Source: Eledone cirrhosa
Taxonomy: Eukaryota
Assembly: GCA_964016885.1 (NCBI GenBank)
Contig: OZ024741.1
Location: 271,312,001-271,376,000 of the forward strand
Length of the DNA stretch: 64,000 bases
Direction of reading: 5' to 3'
Shown: in pieces, positions 38,566 to 51,926 of the stretch
Layout: each line of letters starts with the position of its first letter
Position numbering within the stretch: the first letter of the stretch is position 1
Made by a program: the position numbers and the translations under genes
Notes under the pieces: model-generated
What the model saw: only the letters and a program-made list of their open reading frames with translations
What the model was told of the DNA's origin: nothing
Database searches by the model: none

Positions 38566-39164
38566 GGCGGGGAAGAGAGCGAAGGGGAGAAAGACATGCA
38601 GGTTTTAAGAGTATGCTATGCATATTAACTATAATATAAATTGAATAAAATCAGAAATACAATCCCTTGAGATCAAGGGCCTTGTTTCAGGGGGGTACCA
38701 GGGGACAATTCAAACGTCTATATTTTATTTTTTGTTTATTTGATATAATAAATTCTTTTTAAGATTCTTTTTATATCTGAACTTCATTTGGTGTGATAGG
38801 GTCCGGGAAAGGCACCATAAGCAATTTATGCTCCTTTAAGAATCAACAAATGTTGGTTTGTCACCCCTCACATTTTTAAGGCAAACGGGGCCCCTGAACC
38901 CCAAAAACCAAGTAGCGAAGAAAATCGTAAACGGGCGATCTGTTGACATTCTTCAGACTATCTACCGTCTCCTTTACTTTTCCTCTCAAATCTTCTCTCT
39001 ATTTTCTACTATATACTATGGGCGTTTGCGAAGCAGTCAAGCTATTAAAAAAAAGATAGCTAACAAATTATTCACTTGGCACAAATGGATTGACTATGAA
39101 GCAACGAAGGTCGTCTCTCTCACTCTCTGTCTGTCTGTCTGTCACCCCTCTCTCTCTCTCTCTT

Positions 39165-39219
<55 letters not shown>

Positions 39220-39274
39220 CTCTATCTCTCTATCTATATATCTCTCTCTATCTCTATCTCACTCTCTCTCTCTC

Positions 39275-39543
39275 TGAACGAACGTTTGACATGCTAGAAA
39301 TAGCAGCCAAATCTCCCTCAATACAACTTTACCGTCAGACAAAGAGAGAGAGAGAGATAGATAGGTAGATATATAGATAGATAGAGAGAGAGAGAGAGAG
39401 TGAGAGAGAGCGAGTGAGTAAGAGAGAGAGAGAGAGGGGGAGAGAGAGAGCTTTTCTGTTGCCCCTGTGGTAACCTCATTGTCTTGGTTGTGGCATCGGT
39501 CAAGATGCTTTATAACAGAAGCTCTTGTCGTCATGTGCTCCTT

Positions 39544-39603
<60 letters not shown>

Positions 39604-39785
39604 AACGAACGTTTGACATGCTAGAAATAGCAGCCAAATCTCCCTGAATACAACTTTACCGTCAAACAAAGAGAGAAAGAGAGAGAGAGAGCTTTTCTGT
39701 TGCCCCTATGGTAACCTCAATGACTCGGTTGTGGCATCTGTCAAGATGCTTTATAACAGATGCTCTTGTCGTCATGTGCTCCTTG
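39275..39785. repeat. Local tandem duplication (about 325-bp period) interleaved with (GA)/(CT)n
   Basis: GAACGAACGTTTGACATGCTAGAAATAGCAGCC...GTCATGTGCTCCTTG occurs twice. Confidence 0.85.
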
Positions 39786-40216
39786 ATCTGTATGTGCAGC
39801 ATCCGGACATTACTTCCGATGAACGAGGACCTCCATTCTTTACCTGTGACATTGTAGAGCACGTTACACTCGCATGCTCACTGCTGTGTTATTGATGAGA
39901 CAATTAGGAAGTGTGGACATTTCGTTGTATGTTGGTTGGTGTACATGGAGTAGTCTCCTCAATGGGGGTCCCGAGTACGCCTATATATATTCAGGCCTTT
40001 CCTGCAGATGGCTTGTCTGATGGTAGCTCTCGACTTCTCATTGAAAGGTAGCATATGTAACCTCTAGGGGCTCGTGTCTTTGTTCTTTTAAGTGTTGCTG
40101 GTTTCGCATTTTGCTGTTTGATGAGAGAAGTAGAGTAGCCGTTTCGGACTTCATTGAATGCTCTGACAGATATATATATATAAGCCAATTCTATTTTATA
40201 TATATATATTATATTT

Positions 40217-40243
<27 letters not shown>

Positions 40244-40248
<5 letters not shown>

Positions 40249-40744
40249 AAATTGAGGTTGGTAATGGCACATGGAATATATAAGAGACAGAATACTTTTT
40301 TGTGAAAAAACATAATTTTATAAGGTAAGGAAATAATAAAGGGTATAAAAAATGACCGGTTTCGATGGGTCTGCAAAAGCCATCTTTTCAAATGTTGATT
40401 AATATTAAGAAAAATTAATAATACGAAGAGTTAAAATTTGAGACTTGAAAATTCAAGTATAAAATTCATTGTGGGATTTCATAGCAGTTTTCATCTTGGT
40501 AGCAACAACAGGTTGACTGCTGTGTCCCTTTCTGGTAGTGAATGAGAAGTTATTTGGGGTGTGGGTTATTTTATAAAGGTCAGATTTAGCAATCGCCAGC
40601 TGCTGGTCAGTGAGGAGGTGGAAGCAATATACATACACATATCTTCCTGTGATGGGTAGGAGAGTGGAGCGTGATAGAAAGGGATTTAGTGCACTTACAC
40701 CTATATATACACACATACCTTCATCCACACATACATACATATAC

Positions 40745-40783
<39 letters not shown>

Positions 40784-41322
40784 CACACATACATACACAC
40801 ACACATACATATACATACACACATACACACACACACATGATGAAGGTATGTGTGTATATATAGGTGTAAGTGCACTAAATCCCTTTCTATCACGCTCCAC
40901 TCTCCTACCCATCACAGGAAGATATGTGTATGTATATTGCTTCCACCTCCTCACTGACCAGCAGCTGGCGATTGCTAAATCTGACCTTTATAAAATAACC
41001 CACACCCCAAATAACTTCTCATTCACTACCAGAAAGGGACACAGCAGTCAACCTGTTGTTGCTACCAAGATGAAAACTGCTATGAAATCCCACAATGAAT
41101 TTTATACTTGAATTTTCAAGTCTCAAATTTTAACTCTTCGTATTATTAATTTTTCTTAATATTAATCAACATTTGAAAAGATGGCTTTTGCAGACCCATC
41201 GAAACCGGTCATTTTTTATACCCTTTATTATTTCCTTACCTTATAAAATTATATGTTTTTTCACAAAAAAGTATTCTGTCTCTTATATATTCCATGTGCC
41301 ATTACCAACCTCAATTTTCTCT
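40244..41322. repeat. Near-perfect inverted repeat: arms 40244-40725 and 40839-41322, microsatellite spacer
   Basis: Mirror ORFs 40453-40893(-) and 40671-41111(+). The arms differ by about one 2-nt indel. Confidence 0.93.
41168..41215 (+). ncRNA. Hammerhead motif, U3-A8 core variant (copies at 40349-40396(-) and 63696-63743(+))
   Basis: AACAT-TTGAAAA-GATGG...CCATC-GAAA-CCGG-TC-ATTTT. Stem III is palindromic and stem I is weak. Confidence 0.6.
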
Positions 41323-41353
41323 ATAACCTTCGCTTTGTGTAGAAAATTACACT

Positions 41354-41425
<72 letters not shown>

Positions 41426-41440
41426 TATATATATATTATG

Positions 41441-41515
<75 letters not shown>

Positions 41516-41605
41516 GTAGGTCCCGGGTTGAGTCGGGGATAACCACAGTAAGTAAGGTACTCAATACATGGCAGAGTAAAATATATTTATTCTATAGAAG
41601 GAGCT

Positions 41606-41658
<53 letters not shown>

Positions 41659-41724
41659 AGCCAATTCTATTTTGAATATTTATGGTTACTTACTGTGGTT
41701 ACCCCCGACTGAACCCGGGATAAA

Positions 41725-41770
<46 letters not shown>

Positions 41771-42364
41771 TGACCTGCGAAACTGCGGGGTGACTAGGCT
41801 ATAGGTGTCCCCAAACTTTCCATTAAAAAACTATCATGTCATATGACTTTGCTTGATGTACTGTGTGAAGTTCCGAACAATAGTCGAGCAATGCTGACGT
41901 ATGTGAACATAATAAAATAGAGTTAATATTTATGTTTAAATACACCTTGTATATAAAGTGGTCGCCTATATTTGTTGTTTGAGGCAGGTGAATGATGGGC
42001 GGCGGTGGGGTCGGGGAAAGGCGGGGGGCGGGGGGGTATATGTTGTTATCGTGGTACATTCGGTTTGTGTTCTCCGTTATGAATAAATATTGGATTGGCA
42101 GTATCGGTAGAGCGGGTGGGGTGGGGGGTATTTGGCAAGATGTGAGGTGGGGTGGGGGTAATTAACAGAACTTGTTTAGGACGCCCTGGTATTTGTTCTG
42201 GTTCTTTGCAGTCTGCGTTCTTGCATTGTAGACTAAATCCATCGTCTTTTGTAACACCGCCATCTTGTCTTTTGATGTCTCTAACAACAATCGGATGTCT
42301 TTAGTGGAATCTAATCCTTGGATAAAAGGCAGCGAATTGGCAGAGACAATGGAACGTCGGTTAG

Positions 42365-42419
<55 letters not shown>

Positions 42420-42783
42420 AAAAAATATGACCCCGACGGCAGAGCTCAAGAAATAGCCGATAGCCGTCGAAACGGCTTGAGCTCTGCCGTCGGGGTCATA
42501 CTGTTTCCTATTTCCCACTCTACTACCCTAAGTATTGAGTACTCTGGTGCGTTATGGTCCACCTGGTTCCTTACCACAATTCCTTATATATAGTGAAAAG
42601 TTGGACGGGAACAAAAACAGACAGGCAGACAAATAAAGGTTTATTAGGTTCACGCTCTATCAGATTGGAGGCAGTAAAAACCAGTTAGACCATTACTCAC
42701 CAGAGTACTCGATACTTGGAGTAGTAGAGTGGGTAATGTGAAAAAATTCGGCTGAGCTCCGGCCGTTTCAAACTGACCTTTTC

Positions 42784-42871
<88 letters not shown>

Positions 42872-43197
42872 TAAATTTCTTTAAGTCGTTTGGAAGCCTC
42901 GACAATGCAAATGGGGAAATCTCCGGGTAACAAGATCCGGTGGTGGAGAGAGAGATGTAAGTGGGTGTACGTTGAGATGCGTGGCGTGTATAAGATGTGT
43001 AGAGGAATGAAGGAAAGAGCATAAAGGATAAAATAAAAATAACAACACGAGAGAGAGTTACTTTGGGAGAGATTTAATTGTCCCTATATATTTCGGATTC
43101 ACATCCATCAACTGGGGTTTTTTTCCGGGGTGGGGGAAAGGTTGTCTGTCGGAAAGGTGCGAAACGCGTCCTCCGCTGTTCGTTGTTTTGAATATTC

Positions 43198-43442
43198 AAG
43201 AACCACATACAACACACAGGCAAGTAATACATACATTTAGGACCACATACAACACATAAGCAGGTAATACAAACATCTAGGACCACATACAACACATAAT
43301 CAGGTAATACAAACATCTAGGACCACATACAACACATAATCAGGTAATACATACATCTAGGACCACATGCAATACATAAGCAGGTAATACATACATCTAT
43401 GACTACCTACAACACACAGGCAGGTAATACATACATCTAGGA
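43198..43442. repeat. 40-bp tandem repeat, 6 units
   Basis: Unit AGGACCACATACAACACATAAGCAGGTAATACAAACATCT. Confidence 0.9.
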
Positions 43443-44487
43443 CGACGCAAGAGCAATGGTCGGCCACATAAGGGTTTCCTCACTCTTCTGAAGAGAGAAA
43501 ATTTATCTGTATTTGTTGTTCATTGTGTCATTCATCGACAACACTTGGCTGTGAAGAAACTCAGCAAGCCGCTGAGCAAGTCCTTGCAGGTGGCCATTGA
43601 TGTCATCAATTTTATCAAACGGCATTCCCTCAATGAACGAATTTTCCGGCAACTGTGCCAAGATAATGACGAAGAATTTGTCAAGTTGCTCCTTCATATT
43701 GAAGTGAGGTGGCTTTCAAAGGGCAAGTGCCTTACTCACTTCTTTGAACTGTTTGACTCTATGATTGAGTTTCTGCGAGGATGCAACACAGAACTGTACA
43801 AGAAAACTCTCGATATGAGGCAAAACTGCGCCTACCTCACCGACATCTTCGACAAATGCAACAGCGTCATTTTGGCTTTGCAGGGGAAGAAGATCACCTT
43901 GGTTAAAGTAAGGAATTCTGTGAAAAACATTCCTGGCCAAATTGAATGTCATCGAAAGGAATCTTTGTTGACGGGAATTCTATAATTTTCCTAGTGTCGC
44001 CAATGTTCAAAACATTGTAAACGATGACCAACTCCAAACTTATACCACTCACCTCCGTGCGCTACAAGACAACATGAGAGAACGGTTTGTCGACCTTTTG
44101 CCGATGGACATCCCAATGTGGGTAGCAGATCCCTTTATAGTTAACGTCGATGATTTGGACGTTATATTTCAGGAAGAATTCATTGAACTTCAAGCAGATG
44201 ACATGATCAAAATTAGATTTCCCAAAATAGGTGAACCCCTTTTTTGGATGCAAGAGGAAATTCAGCGTCGATTTCCACACCTACATGCAGAGGCTAAAAG
44301 ATTTGCTCTGCCTTTTCCAAGCTCATACTTAGTCAAGAGGAGGTTTGGTGCTGTTTCCAGACTGCACAGTAAGGCTCGCAACCACTACAGTGTAATTACA
44401 TGTGGAGATCTCCGGCTACATCTTACGAAAATCCAGACTGACGTCAAAGAGTTAGCTAGACTCCATGAAGTTCAAGGGTCCCATTGA
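43441..44487 (+). pseudogene. Buster/Charlie (ZBED5/SCAND3-like) transposase, frameshifted
   Basis: DDARAMVG, HCVIHRQHLAVKKLS, LLLHIEVRWLSKGKCL, AYLTDIF, LPFPSSYLV..FG, GDLRLHLT, terminal QGSH. Confidence 0.88.
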
Positions 44488-45142
44488 AATGAAGTCAAAG
44501 TTAAAGTAAGTTGATTTATCCGAAAACTTAGATATGCTATTGTTACAAAGCAAACTAACAATTTTTTTTATTTGTAGTTGCAGTCTGACTGGACTGGAAA
44601 CCATCTACTACAATTCACTTACTCATTTGTTGTATATATTTTACCATTTACTAATAAATATACCCTCCCGCGTGGTCATGAAAACCCTCTTCCATGGTCT
44701 CTAAGCTCACAAAGCAGAGGGGACATCAAGCTAGATATCAACATTTATTCTGTCTGTTTCATTAAAGGGAAAACTGGAAAGCTTTGAAATGATATAATTG
44801 CCACTTTCTTCCAGATAAGAGCACTCTTTGGATAGAGTTGCTCTTGTATAAATTTTCAAAATAGTTGGTATCGCCTGGTGGGAATATAACAAATTCAACT
44901 GGTCCTTATTCATAAAAAAGAACATTTATGTTCCTTTTTTTGAAATTTATATATTTCCTTTCAAAGAATGTATTTATACTCTCAGCTACTTGCAATGGTA
45001 TCTTTGGAATATTGTTAATCAATTTTTTAATAATCTACAGATATCAAAATCAGTAGTATATTGAAAAATGGAAAAATAGGGTAGGGGCGTTTCGTGATTT
45101 CGAGGGACAAAAGGTTTGGCCTAAATGGGTTGAGAACCTGTG
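43441..45142 (+). mobile_element. hAT transposon (Buster/Charlie group), 3' part
   Basis: Transposase remnant followed by a right TIR GGTTGAGAACCTGTG (45128-45142) and CTTTAGAC, matching the nnnTAnnn 8-bp Buster-type target. Confidence 0.82.
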
Positions 45143-45319
45143 CTTTAGACAAACCGAATAAAGCACTCAACCAGAAGTTATCAAACAAACTTAAACAATT
45201 AATCAATCAATAGAATCATCTAATTAAATTAATCAGTTAATCGTTAATTCTAGGAGTAAATATAAATTTTAGTACAGCATTGACGAAGCTTTAGAATACG
45301 GCCAAGCTAGCGTATATGC

Positions 45320-46525
45320 ATCTCTATCTCTCTCTCTCTCATCCTCTCTCTCTCTCTCCTTCTCTCTCCACCCCACTCTCCCTCCTTCTCTCTCCACCCC
45401 CTCTCTCCCTCTCCCCCCCCTCTCTCTCTCTCTCTCTGTTCAAAAGAGAGGTGTTGACCAGGAGAGTATATGTTGACCAGCATGTATTATGGTGTACTAA
45501 GCTGTTGAAAGGTTGTCTGTAAGCTGTCGACTACCAACTATATATTTTCCCATTGCTGTTCCCATATGTTTGTTCCATATGTTGGTGTAGAGAGACCACT
45601 AAGTTCATGTCTAATGCGTGTGTGTGAGTGTGCTTGTGTGTGAGTATGTGTGTGTGTGTGTGCGCGTGTGTGTACGTGTGTGCGCGTGTGTGTGTGTGTC
45701 TGTGGGGGGTGCATATGTGTGTGTGCGTGTGTGTGTGCGTGTGTGTATGCGCGTGTGTGTACGTGAGTGTTCGGGTGTGTGTGTGTGCGTATATGTGGGG
45801 TATGTATATGTGTGTGTGCGTGTCTGTGGGGTGTGCATATGTGTGTGTGTGTGCGTGCGCGTGTGTGTACGTGTGTGTATGCGTGGGTAGGTGGGTGTTT
45901 GGGTGCAAGTATGTGTGCGTGTGTGTACATATTTGTGTGTGTGAGTGCGTGTGTGTGGGGTGGTGCATGTGTGTGTGTGCCCTTTGTGTGTACGCGTGTG
46001 TGCGCGTGTGTGTACGTGTGTGTGTACGTGTGTGTGTACGTGTGTGTACGTGTGTGTACGTGTGTGTGCGTGGATGGGTGGGTGCAGGTATGTGTGCTTG
46101 TGTGTACATATTTGTGTGTGGGTACGTGTGGGTGCATGTGTGTGTGAATATGTATGTGTGAAGGAAAGTGTGATGGTGTTAGTGGTGGTGTTGTGGAGAT
46201 TTTGGGGGTAGTGTTTGTGGGGATGGGGTGTTGTTTGTGATGTTGATGGTGATGGTAGTTGTGTTGTTGTTGCTGTTGCTTGTGGTGGTGGGGTGGGGTG
46301 GGGTGGGGTGATGGTGGGGGTGGTAATGATGATGGTAAGTGTGGGTCTGTTGTTTGTGGTGGTGGTGGTGGTGTTTGTGGTGGTAATGGTGCTGGTGGTG
46401 GTGGTGGTAGTGTTGGTGGTGGTGATGGTGGTAGTTGTTGTGGTGGTGTTTGTGGTGATGGTAGTTGTGTTGTTGTTGCTGTTGGTGGTGGCTGTGGAAG
46501 TTGTGGTTGTAGTAGTAATGTTTGT
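45320..46525. repeat. Compound (CT)n, (GT)n and (GGT)n low-complexity block
   Basis: Seen directly. Confidence 0.85.
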
Positions 46526-46741
46526 GTTGTTGTTTTACCAGGAGTGCTTCAGTTCATTCGATCATCGGAACAGCGTGCTTGTGAAATTAACGTGTAGATA
46601 GCCGACCATTCCACAGACACGTGTACCCCTGACGTAGTTCTCAGAGAGATTCAACATAACGCAGTTAGACAGGACTAGATCTTTGAATTACGTGCCCAAC
46701 TCAGTGGGGGTAGAGCTCTGGGTCGCCACTGTAAGAATCTG

Positions 46742-47030
46742 TCTCATCAGACCGGTGCTTATTCAGGTTCCGTGGCGTAAAGCGATTGAGAGTACAAGAC
46801 TCCCCCTGGCCAGGACACCAGTCCATTGCACGGTTAAAGTCTGTCTCTATTCCGGAAACTCATCCGACCTGTTCTTATCCTGGTTTCCGTGACGAGAAGT
46901 GATTCAGAGTACAAGACTCTCCCTGGCTAGGACACCAGTCCATTGCACGGTTAAAGTCTGTCTCTATTCCGGAAACTCATCCGGCCTGTTCTTATCCTGG
47001 TTTCCGTGACGAGAAGTGATTCAGAGTACA
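46742..47030. repeat. 117-bp tandem duplication within a SINE body
   Basis: AGAGTACA recurs at 46789, 46906 and 47023. Confidence 0.85.
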
Positions 47031-48167
47031 GGGTTAAACCCCCAGCTATTACTGGTACTTATTTTCAGCTGAGTATTCTAGAGCAACGTGAAATGAAGTA
47101 TTTTGCTCAAGAACACAACACACAACCCAGTCCAGGAATCGAACCCAAGACAATATGATCGTTAGTTTCAACACCTTTACCACTGGGCCACATGATTGTC
47201 GTCATCGTCAATGTGGTTATTGTTGTTGTTGATGATGTAGTTGGTATTATTGTTGTTGTTGCTGTTGTTGCTGTTGTTATTCCTGTTGTTGTTTTTTTCT
47301 GTTTTTGATGTAGTTGTTATTATTGTTGTTGTTTCTGTTTTTGATGTAGTTGTTATTATTGTTGTTGTTGTTTCTGTCTTTGATGTAGTTGTTATTATTG
47401 TTGTTGCTGTTGTTGTTGTTGTTGTTGCCCTATTTCTCCACGTCTGTCCAACCCACATCTGCGGCGCTCATTTTCGTAACTTCCCGAACTGAATTGCATA
47501 ACAGCTTACTTAATAAGTTCGTTAGTCATTTTAGTAAGTGTTTGGTGACGTCACATGTTGCTATACACTAAAGGGAAGAAGTAGGTGTAATGTATGGATA
47601 TACTGACACATACCTCCGAGTGGCTTGCATCACTGTATGTCTGGTGGTGGTGGTGGGGGGGTTCTGTTTGGGTGGGAGGCTGTAGGCGGTGGTGGTGGTG
47701 GGGTCGTAGGTGGTGTGGTGGAGGCCGTAGTAGTGAGGTAGTGTGGGGATCATAGGTGATGGGGCCGTAGCTAGTAGGGTGAGGACGGTAGGTTGTATGG
47801 GTGGTGTGGGTATGTGGTGAGAGAGAGGAAGAGAAAGTGTGTGTGTCTCTGTATGTATATATATATATATATTATAAAGAGTCGGGACCCCGACGGCTGA
47901 GCTCTTGCCGTTTCAACAGCTAGTTCCAGAGTGATTGCCGAAGGCATTGGCTGGTTAACTGGTTAACTTTCCGTTGCTTAAACCATTTTGTTTGTTACCC
48001 TAACGTCCCCTTTATTTACGTGTCCCAACGACTTTTTTTAGCCGTTGTTCGCACCAACCTGAGGTATATGGCCCTTAAAGCGATGAAATGCCTGGGACGG
48101 TTGGAGGGTCACTGATGAAGGACTTACTTTTTCATATGTACCCCATTTGCAACGCGCAGCTCATTAT

Positions 48168-48283
<116 letters not shown>

Positions 48284-48558
48284 TAAAACATGTCTATAGA
48301 ATCACTAGATAAAATATATACCGTTTCCTCTCCCAATTAGCATAATTAACCATATAAAAAATCAATTAGACGAAGCTATAAGAATAAAGGCTCCTATGAA
48401 GAAATCTCCGACAAATAACCGAAAGCAGCCCCTTCGCGGCGGTTGCGACGGAGTATTTATCGAATATTTCTACAGCGTGTATAAATCGACCAGAAATACA
48501 GTCAACTAAACAGAATTAGGTGTAAAATAAACTAGAAGGAAAGTGAACATATTTAATT

Positions 48559-48636
48559 ACTTCTACCATGGTTTCATCCGCATTTTAAGACATCCGATAA
48601 CGTTGGATATCTAGAGCTTCGGATTCTTCAGGAAGT
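48559..48636 (-). ncRNA. Canonical type I hammerhead with extended stem II
   Basis: ACTTC-CTGAAGA-ATCCG...CGGAT-GAAA-CCATGG-TA-GAAGT. Confidence 0.8.
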
Positions 48637-48862
48637 TAGCTCAAATTTAGACAATTAATTTTCCAAAGTGATCGCGCCAAGAATACATTCAAAAATGGCT
48701 AAGAATCGTGACGTGGCAGCGGTCAAGTTAGAAAGGATGTGATTAGTTGCTTACGGCTGGTAGGCTTTTTGCTAGAAAGCGCAGCCCAATACAGCCAAAG
48801 TTGTATCTCAACCTAACGGGAGATTATTACATATAAAGGTTTACATATATATATTTGAGCTA

Positions 48863-48940
48863 ACTTCCTGAAGAATCCGAAGCTCTAGATATCCAACGTT
48901 ATCGGATGTCTTAAAATGCGGATGAAACCATGGTAGAGGT
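48863..48940 (+). ncRNA. Canonical type I hammerhead with extended stem II (mirror copy)
   Basis: ACTTC-CTGAAGA-ATCCG...CGGAT-GAAA-CCATGG-TA-GAGGT. Confidence 0.8.
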
Positions 48941-49297
48941 AATTAAATATGTACACTTTCCTTCTAGTTTATTTTGCACCTAATTCTGTTTAGTTGACTG
49001 TATTTCTGGTCGATTTATACACGCTGTAGAAATATTCGATAAATAATCCGTCGTAACCGCCGCGAAGGGGCTGCTTTCGGTTATTTGTCGGAGATTTCTT
49101 CATAGGAGCCTTTATTCTTATAGCTTCGTCTAATTGATTTTTTATATGGTTAATTATGCTAATTGGGAGAGGAAATGGTATATATTTTATCTAGTGATTC
49201 TATAGACATGTTTTATGATATATAGCTCTGATTATTTAATTTATTAATTCTTCATTGAGCCACAAAGTGACCCGTTGCAAAACACATATATATTTAT

Positions 49298-49343
<46 letters not shown>

Positions 49344-49389
49344 CTTTATATATATATATATATATATATATCCACCTACCTATCTTGAA

Positions 49390-49690
49390 AGTATTGGCTC
49401 AGGCCATGTCTAACTTAATAACACCACCTGGCGAAGTCTTTCAAATCAGGATTTGGACACCATGGCCCACTCAAGTAGAAAGTTAGTGTTTACGAAGACA
49501 TATCCGGGTGTAGGAGGTTTATCCGGGATTTCTTGAAGGAATTTGTCCAGAGACTTCTTGAACTTCGTGAGGTCTGTTTCTGTTTTAATGTGTTTTGGTG
49601 TAATGTTAAAGAGAGCGGCGCCAATTAAGGTGAAATAATTGTGCCGTGTTGTTGTTATGAGATGCGAGTTTGATTTTTTGTTGTGGGTGG
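49390..49690 (-). mobile_element. CR1-type LINE 3' end (ORF2 C-terminus plus 3' UTR)
   Basis: Minus frame GAALFNITPKHIKTETDLTKFKKSLDKFLQEIPDKPPTPGY..NTNFLLEW, stop at 49446-49448. The 3' UTR recurs at about 21580-21643. Confidence 0.75.
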
Positions 49691-49702
49691 AAATATATCA
49701 TA

Positions 49703-50873
49703 TCTATATATATGCTTTTGGAGATAGACCCTATGCTTTTGGAGATAGACCTCCATAACCATATATATTCGGAAACTACATTGCCCAGGATACTTGGATA
49801 AGTATATTTCAATTTAACCAAAGGGTTCACCGGGGGCACAAACCCCCGCTGAAAATTTTTCAGCGGTAAATGACAAGATATGATGCCTATTCACAAAATT
49901 TCAGCAAATTTCAATAATATTTAACCCCCTATAGTGAAAATGTTGGCCAATAAATGGAACAAGATGTGTTGTAACAAGTTTGCATGAGAACTTGATTGAA
50001 GCAATCATTATATTCGGGGCTTACAAAGGTCAAGCTCTTCTCATTCCGAGGATTCCACTTATACCAAGTGATAGCGAGTTGCCTTTTACATTTAAGAGGC
50101 AGCAGTTCCCAGTGAGGCCATGCTTTGCCATGAACATCAATAAGAGTCAAGATCAAACTTTTAAAACTATTGGTATAGATCTGACAAACCCATGTTTCAG
50201 TCATGGCATGTTTTATGTGGCTGTTTCAAGCACTGGAACTTCAAAAAATCTCTACATTTCAGCCAATCAAGAAATGTTGTTTACCCTGAAGTTCTTCATT
50301 AGGAAAAAGTATGAAATATATTTTCATGTATTTATTATTTTAAAAAATAAATAATTAAACTTTGAATTTCTAATTTGAAAATAATGCTTTACACAAGTAT
50401 GAAATGATCAAGTTTTGAATTGATATTTTGAAAAAAATTATTTACAAGAAACTAAATAAGAATAAGATTTAATAATGTAATTTTGATTTGATATATTACA
50501 AAAAATAATTGTTTCTACTTTTGGCACAAGGCCAGCAATTATCCCAGTGCATTACTGGTACTTTATTTTATCGACCCCGTAAGGATGAAAGGCAAAGTTA
50601 ACCTCGGCGGGATTTGAACTCAGAATGGCAAGGACCGTACCCTATGTGTTAAAACATGGCGTCCGACCCTCTACCGATACTGCCAATCCACCACCCTTTA
50701 TATATATATTACAAAAAATAATGTTTTCCAATTTTTCACACATTACATTTTACATTGAGTAATATTGAAATGCAGAGTTTTTCTCCATAAATGATATCAC
50801 TGATTTAAAATCAATCATTATTTTCTTACAAAAAAATGTGTGAAACGCAGCAAGGCGCGGGTAATTCGGCTAG
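49703..50873 (+). mobile_element. Internally deleted Helitron with both termini
   Basis: 5' TC after A. Helicase C-terminus IPRIPLIP..FKRQQFPVRPCFAMNINKSQ..FSHGMFYVAVS..NVVYPEVL. 3' GC hairpin CGCAGCAAGGCGCG plus CTAG before T. A SINE is nested at 50504-50695. Confidence 0.88.
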
Positions 50874-51516
50874 TATATCATATAATTGTTCGTCTGTGGG
50901 TGGATATATATCATATATATCATATAATTGTCCGTTTGTTTCGTCCATTCGTTCGTGTGTACGTTACACTATAGTTACATACGCATACATCTCCATATCT
51001 CCACATAAACAGTTACACAGACAACAGAAGTACAAACACAAACATATTCTTAAATAGACATTATACAAAATAATTATTACATAAATGGAAAAGAATGAAA
51101 TGAAATTTCATTTCTCACTCTTAGTACGGCTGGTATTTATGAGAACATATATGTATATACGTATACATACTTACATTTAATTATTACGTATACATACTTA
51201 CATTTAATTATTACATACACATCTATGTAATGATTGAGGAAGAAAGTTGGTGGTGGAACACTAAAGCGACGAGCGTCCCAAGATTAACTACACTTGTGTG
51301 AGTGTATGTGTGTGTGTTTGTGTGAGTGTGTATGTGTGTGTGTTTGTGTGAGTGTTTGCGTGAGTGTATGTGTGTGTGTTTGTGTGAGTGTGAATGTGTT
51401 TGTGCGTTTATATGTATACATTCATACATATAAATGTATACAGATGCATATACACACACAATTGTCATGAATCCCAGAACGCTGTGTATGTAATAATTAT
51501 TTTCTCTGTGTCTGTT

Positions 51517-51571
<55 letters not shown>

Positions 51572-51581
51572 ATGTGTGTGT

Positions 51582-51676
<95 letters not shown>

Positions 51677-51926
51677 TATGTGTGTCTATGTGTGTTTATG
51701 TTTGCATGTGTGTGTTAGTGTATGCGTGTGAGAGTATGTTTGTTTGCGCGTTTATATTTATATATTTGTACACAGTTGTAACACATGTCCGGACGCTGGT
51801 CACTATGTGAAAGAAGTTATACCACGACCGCAGTTGCAAGGTATATATAGAAATACACATTTATACTTAACTAACCAGTTCATACATGTGCCTAATATAA
51901 TTATATTAAAAAATGTATTACATACA

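Noticed and set aside
42162-42270. Possible first coding exon on the minus strand (CAAGATGGCG, MAVLQKTMDLVYN...)
   Set aside because: It is short, has no recognisable homology and has no good splice donor.
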